From an uncultured delta proteobacterium (GTDB taxonomy: Bacteria; Desulfobacterota; Desulfuromonadia; Desulfuromonadales; BM103): DNA of 64,000 nucleotides. The stretch lies in the NCBI GenBank assembly GCA_963715335.1, contig CAVQRZ010000022.1, forward strand, positions 121,559 to 185,558, read 5' to 3'. Numbering within the stretch: the first letter of the stretch is position 1; each line of letters starts with the position of its first letter. Both the position numbers and the translations under genes were made by a program. Positions 10,175 to 20,237 of the stretch are shown here, in pieces. Below the pieces are notes generated by a model. That model did no database searches, had not been told where the DNA came from, and saw only the letters and a program-made list of their open reading frames with translations.

Positions 10175-10889
10175 ATCCTCTTGTCGTCGGCGACAAAAAA
10201 ATCTCGTCAGATTGGCCCTGGTCAGCATTGTCCTGGCCGTTCTTTTGACCGTCACCGGATGCCGTAATCCGATCGATACGACGGCTTTGAACTCGCTCGC
10301 AAAATCCGACGTCGACATGATGGCGGATACTAGCCTGCAGGAAATGAACCGGCTTTTGGAGGCTTTGCTGGTCAAGCTCTACGAGCGTAATCCGCGCGAG
10401 CTCGACAAACTCTCCGGCATGTCGGTCGGACAGCGTCAAGACCAGATTTTCGACTCTCAGGATCGGCTGGTATTCAATGAATTGAACAGCAAGCAGGGGA
10501 CGGACGCATTAAACCTGGCGTTTAATCCTGATTACCGGGGAGACCGGGTCTTTGCGCTGATGGCCGGGTTGGTCGGTATGGTGCGAAGCGCCTATAACTG
10601 GCAGACGGAACAATTCATGTTCGACTCGCTCGATGAACAGAAACTGTTCAATTGCGCCCGCAACATTGAGGTCCTTGCCTGGCGGCTGAGCAACGAAAGA
10701 AATGCGGAAGGAAAGCTTCTGCTGTTGTCAAACAGCCTGCCCGGTGAAGCGGAAAACCTGGGCTTTGAGCGCTTGTTCGGCAAGATGATTGCCATCCAGG
10801 ACATGATGGCTTTCATGGTCGTCGGCAAGTGGGACCGGGGGGTGCACAACGTGATTATGAAAGCGGTCTTCCTGCCGATGGGGATCTAG
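10110..10889 (+). CDS. Hypothetical lipoprotein; true start probably about 10180-10212
   Basis: Hydrophobic stretch ending in lipobox-like VTGC, followed by a long globular region. The called N-terminus overlaps the previous gene. Confidence 0.7.
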   Translation: MKKSTSSMNSSGSISVSICCAESSCRRRQKNLVRLALVSIVLAVLLTVTGCRNPIDTTALNSLAKSDVDMMADTSLQEMNRLLEALLVKLYERNPRELDKLSGMSVGQRQDQIFDSQDRLVFNELNSKQGTDALNLAFNPDYRGDRVFALMAGLVGMVRSAYNWQTEQFMFDSLDEQKLFNCARNIEVLAWRLSNERNAEGKLLLLSNSLPGEAENLGFERLFGKMIAIQDMMAFMVVGKWDRGVHNVIMKAVFLPMGI

Positions 10890-10920
10890 GCGGAGAGATC
10901 AATGATACGGATACAGACTA

Positions 10921-11844
10921 TCATTCATACTCAATCAGCGTCTGGCTGCCTTGCTGCGGCTTCTGGTTGAAGCCGTTGGCATAGCCCCAGAAAGAGATAA
11001 TCTTCAGCAGAAGTTTTGCCGCGGTCATCTCCGAAACACGACTGGCTTCCGGGACAAGTTCGACGATGTCCACACCGCGCAGATCGATGGACCTCCCGGA
11101 GAAGAGCGACTCGAGCAGTTCGATCATATGGTACCAGAAAAAGCCGCCCGGCTGCGGTGTCCCGACCCCAGGTACGACGGCCGGGTTGAAGACGTCCATG
11201 TCAACCGATAGGTAGACCGGCCCTTCAATCGAGTTGACCCTTTGCAGGAAGGCATCCCATTGTCCCTTGCCGCGCAAGTCCCAGTCGAGAAAGAGGCTGA
11301 TGCGGGGCTCCTTTTCGATGCGCTCCACTTCATTCTCAAAGAGCGACCGGATCCCGCCCATGATGATCTTGTGTCCCTGGTCGAGCAGGCGATTGACCGG
11401 GCAGGCGTGGTTAAACCCACTCCCTTCGTAGCTGATGCGCATGTCGGCGTGGGCATCGAGGAAGAGCACCGTCCCCGGTTTGGGCATGCGGGCCTGGACC
11501 AGTGACGGGGTCAGCGAATGTTCACCGCCGAGACCGATGAACAGGTTGTCCGACGGTAGCGTCGCCACCTGCGCGGTCAAGGCTTTATGCAGTTCGGCAT
11601 CGGTGAGCGCCCTGTCGTCGGCAAACTCTGGCAAGACGCTGAGCAGCATATGTTTGAAAGGGGCCCAGCCGGCATCCTCTTCGTAAAATTCGAGCTGCAC
11701 GGAGGTGTCGAGAATGGCGCGGGGCGCATCAGCGGTCCCTGGTTTGAAGGAGACCGTTCTTTCAAGGGGGATTGGCAGGATCAGGATGTCGGCCTGGTCA
11801 GCAGGTGCGTTGGACATTTCGAGAAACTGTAATCTGTCGGGCAT
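10921..11844 (-). CDS. speB: Agmatinase (arginase/ureohydrolase family)
   Basis: Motifs GGEHS, DAHAD, NHAC, SVDMDVFNP, PGVGTPQPGG and DIVE. Substrate is inferred from the family. Confidence 0.85.
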   Translation of the reverse strand: MPDRLQFLEMSNAPADQADILILPIPLERTVSFKPGTADAPRAILDTSVQLEFYEEDAGWAPFKHMLLSVLPEFADDRALTDAELHKALTAQVATLPSDNLFIGLGGEHSLTPSLVQARMPKPGTVLFLDAHADMRISYEGSGFNHACPVNRLLDQGHKIIMGGIRSLFENEVERIEKEPRISLFLDWDLRGKGQWDAFLQRVNSIEGPVYLSVDMDVFNPAVVPGVGTPQPGGFFWYHMIELLESLFSGRSIDLRGVDIVELVPEASRVSEMTAAKLLLKIISFWGYANGFNQKPQQGSQTLIEYE

Positions 11845-11866
11845 GGGTAAGTCCTTGTGAATTATA

Positions 11867-11914
11867 GGAATTCAGAATCCAGGATATAAAAATATAGAAT
11901 ACAGAATTCAGAAC
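11867..11914. repeat. Degenerate heptamer array (AGAATTC-like)
   Basis: GGAATTC AGAATCC AGGATAT a AAAATAT AGAATAC AGAATTC AGAAC. Confidence 0.65.
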
Positions 11915-11958
11915 AGTAAAACGATAAAATTCCTTATCTGGCAGATTAGGGAAGGATC

Positions 11959-13266
11959 CTAACTCATCACAGCAAGCTCTTCGGCAACGGCTTCAGTCAT
12001 CCCGATCAGAAGTGCGTCAAGCTCCCGGTCGCTGATGCTGTAAGGCGGCATCACGTAAACCAGTTTGCCGAAGGGGCGGACCCAGACGCCTTTATCGACA
12101 AAACGCCGGGTGATTGAGGCCATATTGACCGGACGTGCGAGCTCCAGTACACCTATGCCACCGATGCAGCGAGCATCAACAACCCCATCCCATTCCAGGC
12201 AGGGCTGCAAACTGCTGGCAAGGGTTTTGGTCATCGCGGCAAGGCGCTCCTGCCATGGACTGTCGAGCAACAGGTCGATGCTGGCAATGGCGATGGCGCA
12301 GGCCAGCGGGTTAGCCATAAAGGTTGGCCCATGCATGAAGGCTCCGGGCGCGGTCGTCGAGATCGTTTGGCTGATCATGGCGGTCGTCAAAACGGCGGCC
12401 AGACTCATGTAGCCGCCGGTGATCGCCTTACCCAGGCACATGATGTCGGGAGATATGCCGGCGTGCTCGCAGGCAAACAGTTTGCCGGTCCGGCCAAAAC
12501 CGGTGGCGATTTCATCGGCGATCAGCAGGATGTTGAACTGATCACAGAGGGTTCGCACCTGGCGAAGGTATTCAGGGGCATAGAAACGCATGCCTCCCGC
12601 ACCCTGAACGATCGGCTCGAGGATGACTGCGGCGATCACACTGTGGTGAGTCTCGACCAGGCTGCGGAAGCTGGCGATGTCACTGTCCTGCCAGTCCTCG
12701 TCGCGGGTGATGGTCGGTGCCTCGGCAAAGAATTGTTTGGCGAGGATCTGCGTGAAGAGATGGTGCATGCCCGTTTCGGGATCGCAGACGGCCATAGCGC
12801 CGGTCGTGTCGCCGTGGTAACCGCGCCGGATGGTCAGCATTTTCTGCTTGTCAGGTTGCCCTTTGGCGACCCAGTACTGGACCGCCATCTTTATGGCAAC
12901 CTCAACACTCACTGAGCCGGAATCACAGAAAAACACCTTCTCAAGCGGTTTGGGAGTCAACCTGACCAGGCGTGCCGCAAGCTCAGCAGCAGGCCGGTGG
13001 GTCAGTCCGCCGAACATGACATGTGACATGCTGTCCAGTTGCGCTCTCGCGGCCTGATTGAGAACCGGGTGATTGTAGCCATGGATGGCCGACCACCAGG
13101 ATGACATGCCGTCAATCAGTTCGCGTCCATCCTCCAGGGTCAGATGGACCCCTAGAGCGCTTTTCACGGGGTAGGGTGGCAGGGCCCCTTCGAGAGGCGC
13201 ATAGGGGTGCCAGACGTGATTTCTTTCGAATTCGAGCCAGCTTTTATCGCTCAGATAATTCTTCAT
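11959..13266 (-). CDS. bioA: Adenosylmethionine-8-amino-7-oxononanoate transaminase
   Basis: Motifs [54 protein letters not shown] and [11 protein letters not shown]. Confidence 0.97.
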   Translation of the reverse strand: MKNYLSDKSWLEFERNHVWHPYAPLEGALPPYPVKSALGVHLTLEDGRELIDGMSSWWSAIHGYNHPVLNQAARAQLDSMSHVMFGGLTHRPAAELAARLVRLTPKPLEKVFFCDSGSVSVEVAIKMAVQYWVAKGQPDKQKMLTIRRGYHGDTTGAMAVCDPETGMHHLFTQILAKQFFAEAPTITRDEDWQDSDIASFRSLVETHHSVIAAVILEPIVQGAGGMRFYAPEYLRQVRTLCDQFNILLIADEIATGFGRTGKLFACEHAGISPDIMCLGKAITGGYMSLAAVLTTAMISQTISTTAPGAFMHGPTFMANPLACAIAIASIDLLLDSPWQERLAAMTKTLASSLQPCLEWDGVVDARCIGGIGVLELARPVNMASITRRFVDKGVWVRPFGKLVYVMPPYSISDRELDALLIGMTEAVAEELAVMS

Positions 13267-13295
13267 AATCGTTCACAGACAAAACAAAAGAAATT

Positions 13296-13369
13296 AGCCG
13301 CCAAGGCACCAAGGCACGAAGAGATAATTTGACAGCTGATTTTCTTGGTGTCTTCGTGTCCTAGTGGTT
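13296..13369. repeat. Octamer-based inverted repeat pair
   Basis: AGCCGCCAAGGCACCAAGGCACGAAG (13296-13321) and CTTGGTGTCTTCGTGTCCTAGTGGTT (13344-13369). Confidence 0.75.
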
Positions 13370-13447
13370 AGCACGAGCATCGTTAAAATCATAAAGTTTC
13401 AGTATTGAGAACGGTATCCTAGCGGAAAAGAGCGGTTTGGACAAGAA

Positions 13448-14098
13448 TCATGGCTTGGGATTGTGATTCCATTTTGCCTGTCGAACATCCTGTCGCGGGA
13501 GGAATTTATGCCGCAGCCAGGCAACCAGAAGGAAGACGATAACTGCCAGGGCAATCAACAGGCCGAGCCGTCCCGCCAGGGTCTCGGCCTGCTGCCAGCT
13601 GGTGCCGCCCAGGTAGCCGATTCCCGGGTAGCTGATCCCCCAGAGGATGCTGCTGATAAGGGCATAACAGGAAAATACGCTTGGCCGCATCCGGCTCACC
13701 CCGGCGACAAATGGTACCAGACCGCGGATCGGCCCGAGGAAACGGCCCAGAAAAACGCTCTTGCCACCATGCTCGAGGAAGAAAATTTCCGCCAGTCGTA
13801 ACAGCCCTTGATGTTGTTTTAGTAGCCGCCAATTCCACAGGTGGATGCCGAAACGTGCCCCCAGCCAGTAACTGAGAAAGTCGCCGATCACAGCCCCCAG
13901 CCCAGCCGCAGCCATGATCGTCATGATCGGGGCCTTGTCGTGGAAGGCCAGCCAGCCGCTGAAGACGGTCAGGACACTGCCAGGCATGATCAGACCTATG
14001 CCGACGAGCGCTTCAAGGAACGCGACGATGAAAACCGCTGTGATGAACAGCGTTCCACCCGGTACCTGGTTAAACAGGTTCAACAGCCATTGTTCCAA
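13448..14098 (-). CDS. DedA family membrane protein
   Basis: Motifs E..VGIGLIMPG, GDFLSYWLG, F..HGGKSVFLGRF.GPIR..VPFVAG. Start placed at TTG 14098 behind RBS GAGGA; the ORF track starts at 14158. Confidence 0.9.
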   Translation of the reverse strand: MEQWLLNLFNQVPGGTLFITAVFIVAFLEALVGIGLIMPGSVLTVFSGWLAFHDKAPIMTIMAAAGLGAVIGDFLSYWLGARFGIHLWNWRLLKQHQGLLRLAEIFFLEHGGKSVFLGRFLGPIRGLVPFVAGVSRMRPSVFSCYALISSILWGISYPGIGYLGGTSWQQAETLAGRLGLLIALAVIVFLLVAWLRHKFLPRQDVRQAKWNHNPKP

Positions 14099-14673
14099 GG
14101 GCTTTCCTCTGAATTGTCCTGCTGTGGCCAGGGCTGAGGTTCGAATCGCCTGTGCCATTCATCAAAGATGCTTACTTTGTGTTGCCCGAACCTGGCGAGT
14201 GCTGCGCGGACCATCTCCGCAGTTCGCATTCCTGTTCTGGTTTTGGAATAAAAAAGGTCGGCATAAGCGACGATTATTTCTTCGAGAGTTTGCGGTTGCA
14301 TATCTCGCAATGGCAGCGGCAGTTTCTGGGCTTTGATATCTTCAACGCTTAAGCCGACACCGATATGTCGTTCGCAGACAGATGCATGGCGCGGTAGTCC
14401 CTCTTTACGGAGGATGTCAGCACCGATCACGCCATGGGCGATATAAGGCCGGTTACCGTGGCAGTCCAGTTTCGGGGCGTCGGTAAAAAGCATGCCGATG
14501 TCATGCAGAAGCGCTGCCTGTTCGATGAAATCCTTGTCAACCGGTTCACTTTGTCCGACCCGTTCGGCGACCTTGAGGGCAAGCCTTGCAACCAGATGGC
14601 TGTGAGCAAGCAAGAGGTTCCTTGCCTTGTCATGAGCTGCGTAATACTTATCTATTAATTCAAGAGGTTGCAT
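14080..14673 (-). CDS. HD-domain (HDIG-like) phosphohydrolase
   Basis: Motifs HSHLVA, ALLHDIG, HGVIGA, CERHIGVG and IVAYAD. Confidence 0.9.
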   Translation of the reverse strand: MQPLELIDKYYAAHDKARNLLLAHSHLVARLALKVAERVGQSEPVDKDFIEQAALLHDIGMLFTDAPKLDCHGNRPYIAHGVIGADILRKEGLPRHASVCERHIGVGLSVEDIKAQKLPLPLRDMQPQTLEEIIVAYADLFYSKTRTGMRTAEMVRAALARFGQHKVSIFDEWHRRFEPQPWPQQDNSEESPWNNGC

Positions 14674-14702
14674 GGTCTTTCTTCAACAAGAGTCAACGGG
14701 TG

Positions 14703-15223
14703 TTATTGGGCCAGTACCTGGAAAGACCGGATGATTTTTTCCATGAACATATCGTAACCTGCGAAATTCTCGGGTGTCGTTTTGAGAATGATTGCGTAGG
14801 CACGGCTCGGTTTCAGAAACAGATAGAGTTCAATCTGTTGCTGTGCTGTGTGGCCACTGATGTACCACGCCGTGCCGGCAGGCAGTTCGACCTGCTCCCG
14901 CGGGCTTTCGATCAGACCCGGATAATCTCTCAACAGCCGGCCCAGTTCCTGTTCATCAGTTGGATTTTCCCGGTAACGTGAACTGACCTGCAGCAGGGTC
15001 CCACCCTGAGCAGGGTTTCTCCAGCGAATTTCTCCTTCGTGGCGGCCATATTCGAGGCGGCGGTCCTTTTCCCATCTCAGCGGGTACTCGATGACAAATT
15101 CAAGGACCGCGTCAATGTGCATACCGACTTTCATGACGGAAGTCGGTGCTCTTTGGATGCACAACCCGACAGGACAGTCAAGGCGAATGCCAGCAGGTAA
15201 ATGAAACATTTTGTGGAAGACAT
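14703..15223 (-). CDS. Hypothetical lipoprotein; frameshifted near 15149
   Basis: ATG at 15223 reads MSSTKCFIYLLAFALTVLSGCASKE (lipobox LSGC). It needs one more base to join the frame continuing APTSVMKVGMHID...SFQVLAQ. Confidence 0.65.
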
Positions 15224-15305
15224 AGTCACCTTGTCTCTCGTGATTTACTCTCTCAAAGTATACACCGTGAAGATACCGGTTTTGCAAGGAGTCTGAATTT
15301 GATTT

Positions 15306-15331
15306 AACGCAAAGGCGCAAAGAGCGCAAAG
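15306..15331. repeat. Short 8/9-mer direct repeat (CGCAAAG core x3)
   Basis: AACGCAAAGGCGCAAAGAGCGCAAAG. Confidence 0.65.
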
Positions 15332-15357
15332 AAAATCGAATACCGGGTAGCCTGTCC

Positions 15358-16590
15358 TCAGGATTCAAGAAAAATCGCCGAATGCTTGAGGAATGGCCGT
15401 ATTGCCAGTGCGATCAGGATCAACTGGACAACCATCAGGACCAGGAAGCAGAGACTCAATCCGGAGTGATCGGCGAGAATGCCGACCAGCGGACCAGTGA
15501 TTACAAAACCGAGGCGGAAAACCAGTGATTTCAGTGACAGGATGCTGGCCCGTTCGTGACGGTCGCTCTGTTTCTGCAGGACCAGGCGCAGAAACGGCCC
15601 CTGGATGCCGCGCATGATGGTCAGGATGAAATAAAAGGCGAAACTCCATATGAACGGGCTGAAAGCCAGCCCGGCGTACCCGATGACCACCAGCGCCAGC
15701 AGCAGCAATGGTGTGCCGCGGGCACCAAGATGGAACTGGACGCGATGGCTGATAACCGAACCGAAAGACACACAAAGGTTGGCGACTGCCCAGATCGGTC
15801 CAAACCAGCTCAGGGGGATATTGAGCGTCTGCATATACGGCTGAATCAGCCAGACCGGATAAAAGGAGGAGAGACCGAGCAGTGCGGCGAGGAGGATGCC
15901 GTAGCGTATGCCAGGCTGTGAAAATGCTTTGCGGGCAATGTCTGACGCTTGACGAAGATGTGAGACGGGCAGATGTGAGACGGTTTCCCTTGGTGCAGTG
16001 GGGATGTTTCTCAGGTTGCTACAGATTCCCAGCGCAGCGATCCAGATGCCGATCTGCAAAATAAAGGGTAGCAGCGGCATCCAGCCATACAACACCCCGG
16101 CGCCCACAGCTCCCGCCGCTTCACCGGCTTGTGCCCAGGCGGTCATCCGTCCATCGTATTTTGCGTAATGTTCCTCCCGACCACCGTGACGCAGCGTCTC
16201 GTAAAGCAGGGCACTGTCTGCGCCGCTGATAAAAGCGTAGGACGCTCCGAGCTGAAGTTCGGCGACCAGCACCCCGGTAAAAGTGCCGGCGAAGGTGTAA
16301 GTCGCCCAGCCGGTAATGCCGAGCAGGCAGGCCAGGTTGAGGGCAAAGCGATAGCCAACCCGGTCGCTTATGTAGCCGGAAGGGAACTCCATAACCAGCG
16401 TTGCCAGGGAGAATATCGCCTGGAGCAGCAGGATCTCGGCGAGGCTCAGACCGATCTGGTCCTTCCAGAACAGGGTAATGATGGCCATCGGCAGAAGGGC
16501 CATTTTCAGCCCGGCGAAGATGTTGAGGAGGGGGATGTTTTTGGAAAATCCGGAACGAGGAACGCGGGACGCGGGACGCGGTAAGGTCAA
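15358..16590 (-). CDS. MFS transporter
   Basis: About 12 hydrophobic segments, MFS motif A (EFPSGYISDRVGYR) and SGADSALLYE. Confidence 0.9.
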   Translation of the reverse strand: MTLPRPASRVPRSGFSKNIPLLNIFAGLKMALLPMAIITLFWKDQIGLSLAEILLLQAIFSLATLVMEFPSGYISDRVGYRFALNLACLLGITGWATYTFAGTFTGVLVAELQLGASYAFISGADSALLYETLRHGGREEHYAKYDGRMTAWAQAGEAAGAVGAGVLYGWMPLLPFILQIGIWIAALGICSNLRNIPTAPRETVSHLPVSHLRQASDIARKAFSQPGIRYGILLAALLGLSSFYPVWLIQPYMQTLNIPLSWFGPIWAVANLCVSFGSVISHRVQFHLGARGTPLLLLALVVIGYAGLAFSPFIWSFAFYFILTIMRGIQGPFLRLVLQKQSDRHERASILSLKSLVFRLGFVITGPLVGILADHSGLSLCFLVLMVVQLILIALAIRPFLKHSAIFLES

Positions 16591-16720
16591 GATCGAATTC
16601 CTGGAGTGTTGTTAATTCCGGCTCAGATTCTTTAAGTTGCTTTGGCTTGTGCCGGTCTGCCTGTTGTGACAGTGCTAAGAGGCCCGTCAAGGTTTTCCGC
16701 GTCCCTCGTCCCGCGTACCG
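16552..16720. repeat. Heptamer inverted repeat pair (GGGACGC-like)
   Basis: GGAACGA GGAACGC GGGACGC GGGACGC (16552-16579) and CCGCGTC CCTCGTC CCGCGTA (16697-16717). Confidence 0.8.
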
Positions 16721-16723
16721 GTC

Positions 16724-16936
16724 TCATGCCCAATAGATACAGGCCGAAGGGCAATTGTCCATCGCCGCCTCTATTTTATCTTCCGGTGCTCCGGTCGGAT
16801 TATGGACGATCGCTTTGCCATGATCATGGCCTTTGTCATGGTCATCTTCGTCCATCCGGAACACTTCGGGACAGACCTGGGTGCAGACTTCGCAGCCAAT
16901 GCAACAATCCGGATCTACAACTGGTATGCGTGACAT
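16724..16936 (-). CDS. Single-cluster ferredoxin
   Basis: CIGCEVCTQVCPEVF...NCPSACI; RBS GGGAG. ATG at 16942 is an alternative start. Confidence 0.92.
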   Translation of the reverse strand: MSRIPVVDPDCCIGCEVCTQVCPEVFRMDEDDHDKGHDHGKAIVHNPTGAPEDKIEAAMDNCPSACIYWA

Positions 16937-17099
16937 GATCATGAACACTCCCGATTGGATTTGTACCGATGATCTTAGCAAGCCGTTTGTCTTTTTGCCA
17001 GATGTTCTTTCAGTTTGCTTGAACCATTGTGAATACGTATACTTGTTGAGAATTATGAGATTGTTTCGACTCTATAACCTGAAACCAGAAGCCGAGTCT

Positions 17100-17220
17100 G
17101 CCACCAAGGCACAAAGACACTAAGTCAGCCAAGCCTCGGGAAAACGCCCGATTGAAGAAGAACACTTTGCAAGGCAACGAAAAGAATATAGATTCCTTCG
17201 TGTCTTTGTGCCTTGGTAGT
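17100..17220. repeat. Octamer-based inverted repeat pair, same family as 13296-13369
   Basis: GCCACCAAGGCACAAAGACACTAAG (17100-17124) and CTTCGTGTCTTTGTGCCTTGGTAGT (17196-17220); 22 of 25 positions complementary. Confidence 0.85.
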
Positions 17221-17284
17221 TGAGTTTTTATCTGGTTCTCAGGCATTTGCTTCCGCTGCAAAGTCTTTTAACGATCGGCTGCCA

Positions 17285-18799
17285 ATGCGAACTGGCCTGC
17301 GTACAGAAATCATCCTGAGTATTTCCCTGCTCCTGGCAGCAGCGCTGCTCTTTGCCGGTTTTCTCCTCGTCAAACTTACAGAACGCAACCTTCTCGACCA
17401 GCAACGCGCTCACGCCGCCAATATCATCAATCTGGTCGTTGCCGATGCCGAATTCACCGTGCCATCGGAACGGGGAGAGAATCCCATGGGGATCGCTGCC
17501 TCCGGTCATGACCGCCTGCAGACAATTTTGAGCAAGCAGACTGATATTCTCGCCTGGCGCCTGCTCGACAGCCAATTGCAGGTGCTTGCCAGTACGACAT
17601 ACCAGCCGGGTGGGGAATTTTCGAAGATTTCGCCGTCCTTGCTGGAACGGGGCGAACTGTACGAGGAACTGGCATACCAATCATTCCAGTTCTTCAACAG
17701 CGATCAGCCGCAGAATTATCTTGATCTGTCAGCACCTCTCCGGGTCGGTAATAACCCTTACGGATTGCTGCAAATCCGTTTTAGCCTGTCAGGTTTGCAG
17801 GGACGGGTTAAAGCAGCCCTGCAGCTCGTTGTGATTTACGTTGTGATTTACGGCTTGATCCTGGCGGTCTTCGGCGTCTACCTGCTGAACCGGAATGTCG
17901 TCAAGCCGGTTCGACAGCTACACCAGGCGACGACTTCGGTCGCCAGCGGGACCCTGGCCTCGGTAGCTGTTCCATCGGGTCCGGGTGAAATCCATGAACT
18001 TGCAGGCAGTTTCAACCAGATGATCGAGGCCCTGGCCGCCAGTCGCGCAGAAACGGAGGAGCACATCGCTTCCCTGGAGAGAGCCAACAGTGCCCTGGAG
18101 CAGGCAAGGGATGACCTGATCCGCTCGGAAAAACTTGCCACGGTAGGGCATCTCGCCGCCGGCATGGCCCATGAAATCGGCAACCCCCTGGGGGCCGTGG
18201 TCGGTTATCTGAATATCCTCAAGGACGGCTTGTCCGGTGAAGCGCGTGACCTGGTGGAACGTTCGCTGGCCGAAACGGCGAGGATCGATCGCCTGGTCAG
18301 GGAGTTGCTTGAATATTCAGCTCCAGTTGACCGTCAGTCGGAATCTTTCTGCCCGGTTACACTGCTGCGCGAAACGGTCGACATGCTGCGCCACCAGGGC
18401 CAACTCGATGGCGTGGAAGTCAAAGACCTCTGCTCGCTGGATGAGCGCCTGGTCGCCATGGATCGCGGGCGTTTGATGCAGGTCTGGATCAATCTGCTGC
18501 TGAACGCCCGTGATGCGATGCCTGGCCCGGGTGGCCTGGAAATTTCATCGCAACATGAAGGTGACACCATCAGCATCTCGGTCCGTGATGAAGGGCAGGG
18601 TATTGAGCGGGACAACCTTAAACGCATATTTGAACCGTTTTTCACCACCAAGTCCCCCGGCAGTGGTTATGGCCTGGGTCTCGCGGTCTGCCAGCGAATT
18701 ATTGACGAGAGCGGTGGCGCGATCACAGTTAACTCGAATCCAGGCAAGGGGACATGTTTTAGTGTGTCACTACCATCTTTTACGGAGCGGTTGTCATGA
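17285..18799 (+). CDS. Membrane sensor histidine kinase (NtrB/PilS-like) with HAMP domain
   Basis: Two TM segments, HAMP, H-box AGMAHEIGNPL, NLLLNARDA, DEGQG, FFTTK and GLGL. Start set at ATG 17285. Confidence 0.92.
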   Translation: MRTGLRTEIILSISLLLAAALLFAGFLLVKLTERNLLDQQRAHAANIINLVVADAEFTVPSERGENPMGIAASGHDRLQTILSKQTDILAWRLLDSQLQVLASTTYQPGGEFSKISPSLLERGELYEELAYQSFQFFNSDQPQNYLDLSAPLRVGNNPYGLLQIRFSLSGLQGRVKAALQLVVIYVVIYGLILAVFGVYLLNRNVVKPVRQLHQATTSVASGTLASVAVPSGPGEIHELAGSFNQMIEALAASRAETEEHIASLERANSALEQARDDLIRSEKLATVGHLAAGMAHEIGNPLGAVVGYLNILKDGLSGEARDLVERSLAETARIDRLVRELLEYSAPVDRQSESFCPVTLLRETVDMLRHQGQLDGVEVKDLCSLDERLVAMDRGRLMQVWINLLLNARDAMPGPGGLEISSQHEGDTISISVRDEGQGIERDNLKRIFEPFFTTKSPGSGYGLGLAVCQRIIDESGGAITVNSNPGKGTCFSVSLPSFTERLS

Positions 18800-20157
18800 C
18801 AGCAACTCAACAACATGTCCTTATCATAGACGACGAAGCACCGATGCGGCACATGCTGCGCATGGTGCTGGAGCGTGATGGCTACCTGGTCACCGAGGCA
18901 ACCAACGGCAGCCAGGGGCTGGATCTTCTCGGATCGGGGCATTTCGGCCTGATCCTGTGCGATATCCGTATGCCGGAGATGGATGGTCTGACCTTCCTCA
19001 AGGAAAAGCAGTCACAGCAATACGGTGGTACGGTCATCATGATGAGCGCTTACGGCAGCATTGACACTGCGGTCGAGTGCATGAAACACGGTGCCTACGA
19101 TTACATCTCGAAGCCTTTTCGTCCCGATGAGATCCTGCTGACTGTGCGCAAGGCGGAGGAACGCCTGCGGTTACGCCAGGAGAACGTCAAACTCAAAAAA
19201 GATATCCGGCGCGCTGCCCGTCCGCAGGGCACTGCCGCTATCATACACCGCAGTCCGGTCATGCAGGATGTCCTGGCCCTCGTCCATAAAGCAGCCGGGG
19301 CTTCGGCCCCGGTTCTGATCACCGGCCCGACCGGAACCGGCAAGGAACTGGTTGCCCGCGCCCTGCACTCGGAAAGCCCGCGCAGCGAAAAGCCGTTTCT
19401 GGCTGTCAATTGCAGCGCCATCCCGGCCGGCCTGCTCGAAAGCGAACTGTTCGGACACGCCAAAGGCGCTTTCACCGGTGCCGACCGCGCCCGGCGGGGA
19501 CTGTTCGGTGCTGCCGACGGCGGGACGCTGCTGCTCGATGAAATTGGCGACTTCCCGCTGGAACTGCAGCCCAAGCTGTTGCGTGTCCTGCAGGAACATG
19601 AGGTCCGTCGTATTGGTGAGAGTCAGCCGACGCCAGTGGATGTCCGGGTCATTGCCGCGACCGCCAAAGATCTGCGCCAGGCCGTTGCCAACGGCAGCTT
19701 CCGCGAAGACCTTTATTACCGTCTTGCGGTGATTGCCGTCGAACTGCCGGCCTTGCGTCAACGCCCGGAAGATATCGCGGCGCTGGTGGAGAGCTACCTG
19801 CCGCGGATTGCCGCGCGGTTGAAGCGACCGGTCCCGGAGATCAGCCAGGAAGCTTTGCGCAGATTGACAGAACAGGCCTGGCCGGGCAATGTCCGTGAAT
19901 TGCTCAATGTGCTGGAAAAAACCCTGGTCTTTTGTCATGACGAAACGATCAGTGAAAACGACCTGGTCCTGGTAGAGCACCCTGAACCACCTGTCGATCT
20001 GTCGAAACTCTCTTTGAAAAGCGCCATAGCCGAGCTCGAAAAGGCGTATATTCACAAGGCCCTGGCGGCAACCGGGGGGAATCGCACCAAGTCTGCAAAA
20101 ATTCTTGAGATCAGCTTGCGTTCACTGATTTACAAGATCAAGGACTATGACCTTTAG
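18796..20157 (+). CDS. Sigma-54-dependent response regulator (NtrC/PilR-like)
   Basis: Receiver (IIDDE, CDIRMP), Walker A GPTGTGKE, ESELFGHAKGAFTGA, LLLDEIG, FREDLYYRL, WPGNVREL and a Fis-type HTH. Start overlaps the kinase stop (ATGA). Confidence 0.96.
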   Translation: MTATQQHVLIIDDEAPMRHMLRMVLERDGYLVTEATNGSQGLDLLGSGHFGLILCDIRMPEMDGLTFLKEKQSQQYGGTVIMMSAYGSIDTAVECMKHGAYDYISKPFRPDEILLTVRKAEERLRLRQENVKLKKDIRRAARPQGTAAIIHRSPVMQDVLALVHKAAGASAPVLITGPTGTGKELVARALHSESPRSEKPFLAVNCSAIPAGLLESELFGHAKGAFTGADRARRGLFGAADGGTLLLDEIGDFPLELQPKLLRVLQEHEVRRIGESQPTPVDVRVIAATAKDLRQAVANGSFREDLYYRLAVIAVELPALRQRPEDIAALVESYLPRIAARLKRPVPEISQEALRRLTEQAWPGNVRELLNVLEKTLVFCHDETISENDLVLVEHPEPPVDLSKLSLKSAIAELEKAYIHKALAATGGNRTKSAKILEISLRSLIYKIKDYDL

Positions 20158-20237
20158 CAACAACTCATGGCTCCCCTCCGAACCGCGGAAGGGGTTCCCC
20201 TGCAGGTCAAATCTCCCGTATTTGAGTCTCCCGGCAG

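Noticed and set aside
15224..15368. Extended N-terminus of ORF 14703-15368
   Set aside because: It crosses a repeat and intergenic DNA; a lipoprotein signal starting at 15223 in another frame is more convincing.
15956..15983. 13-nt direct repeat AGATGTGAGACGG in the MFS gene
   Set aside because: In-frame 5-codon duplication (VSHLP/VSHLR) in the central loop; likely neutral slippage.
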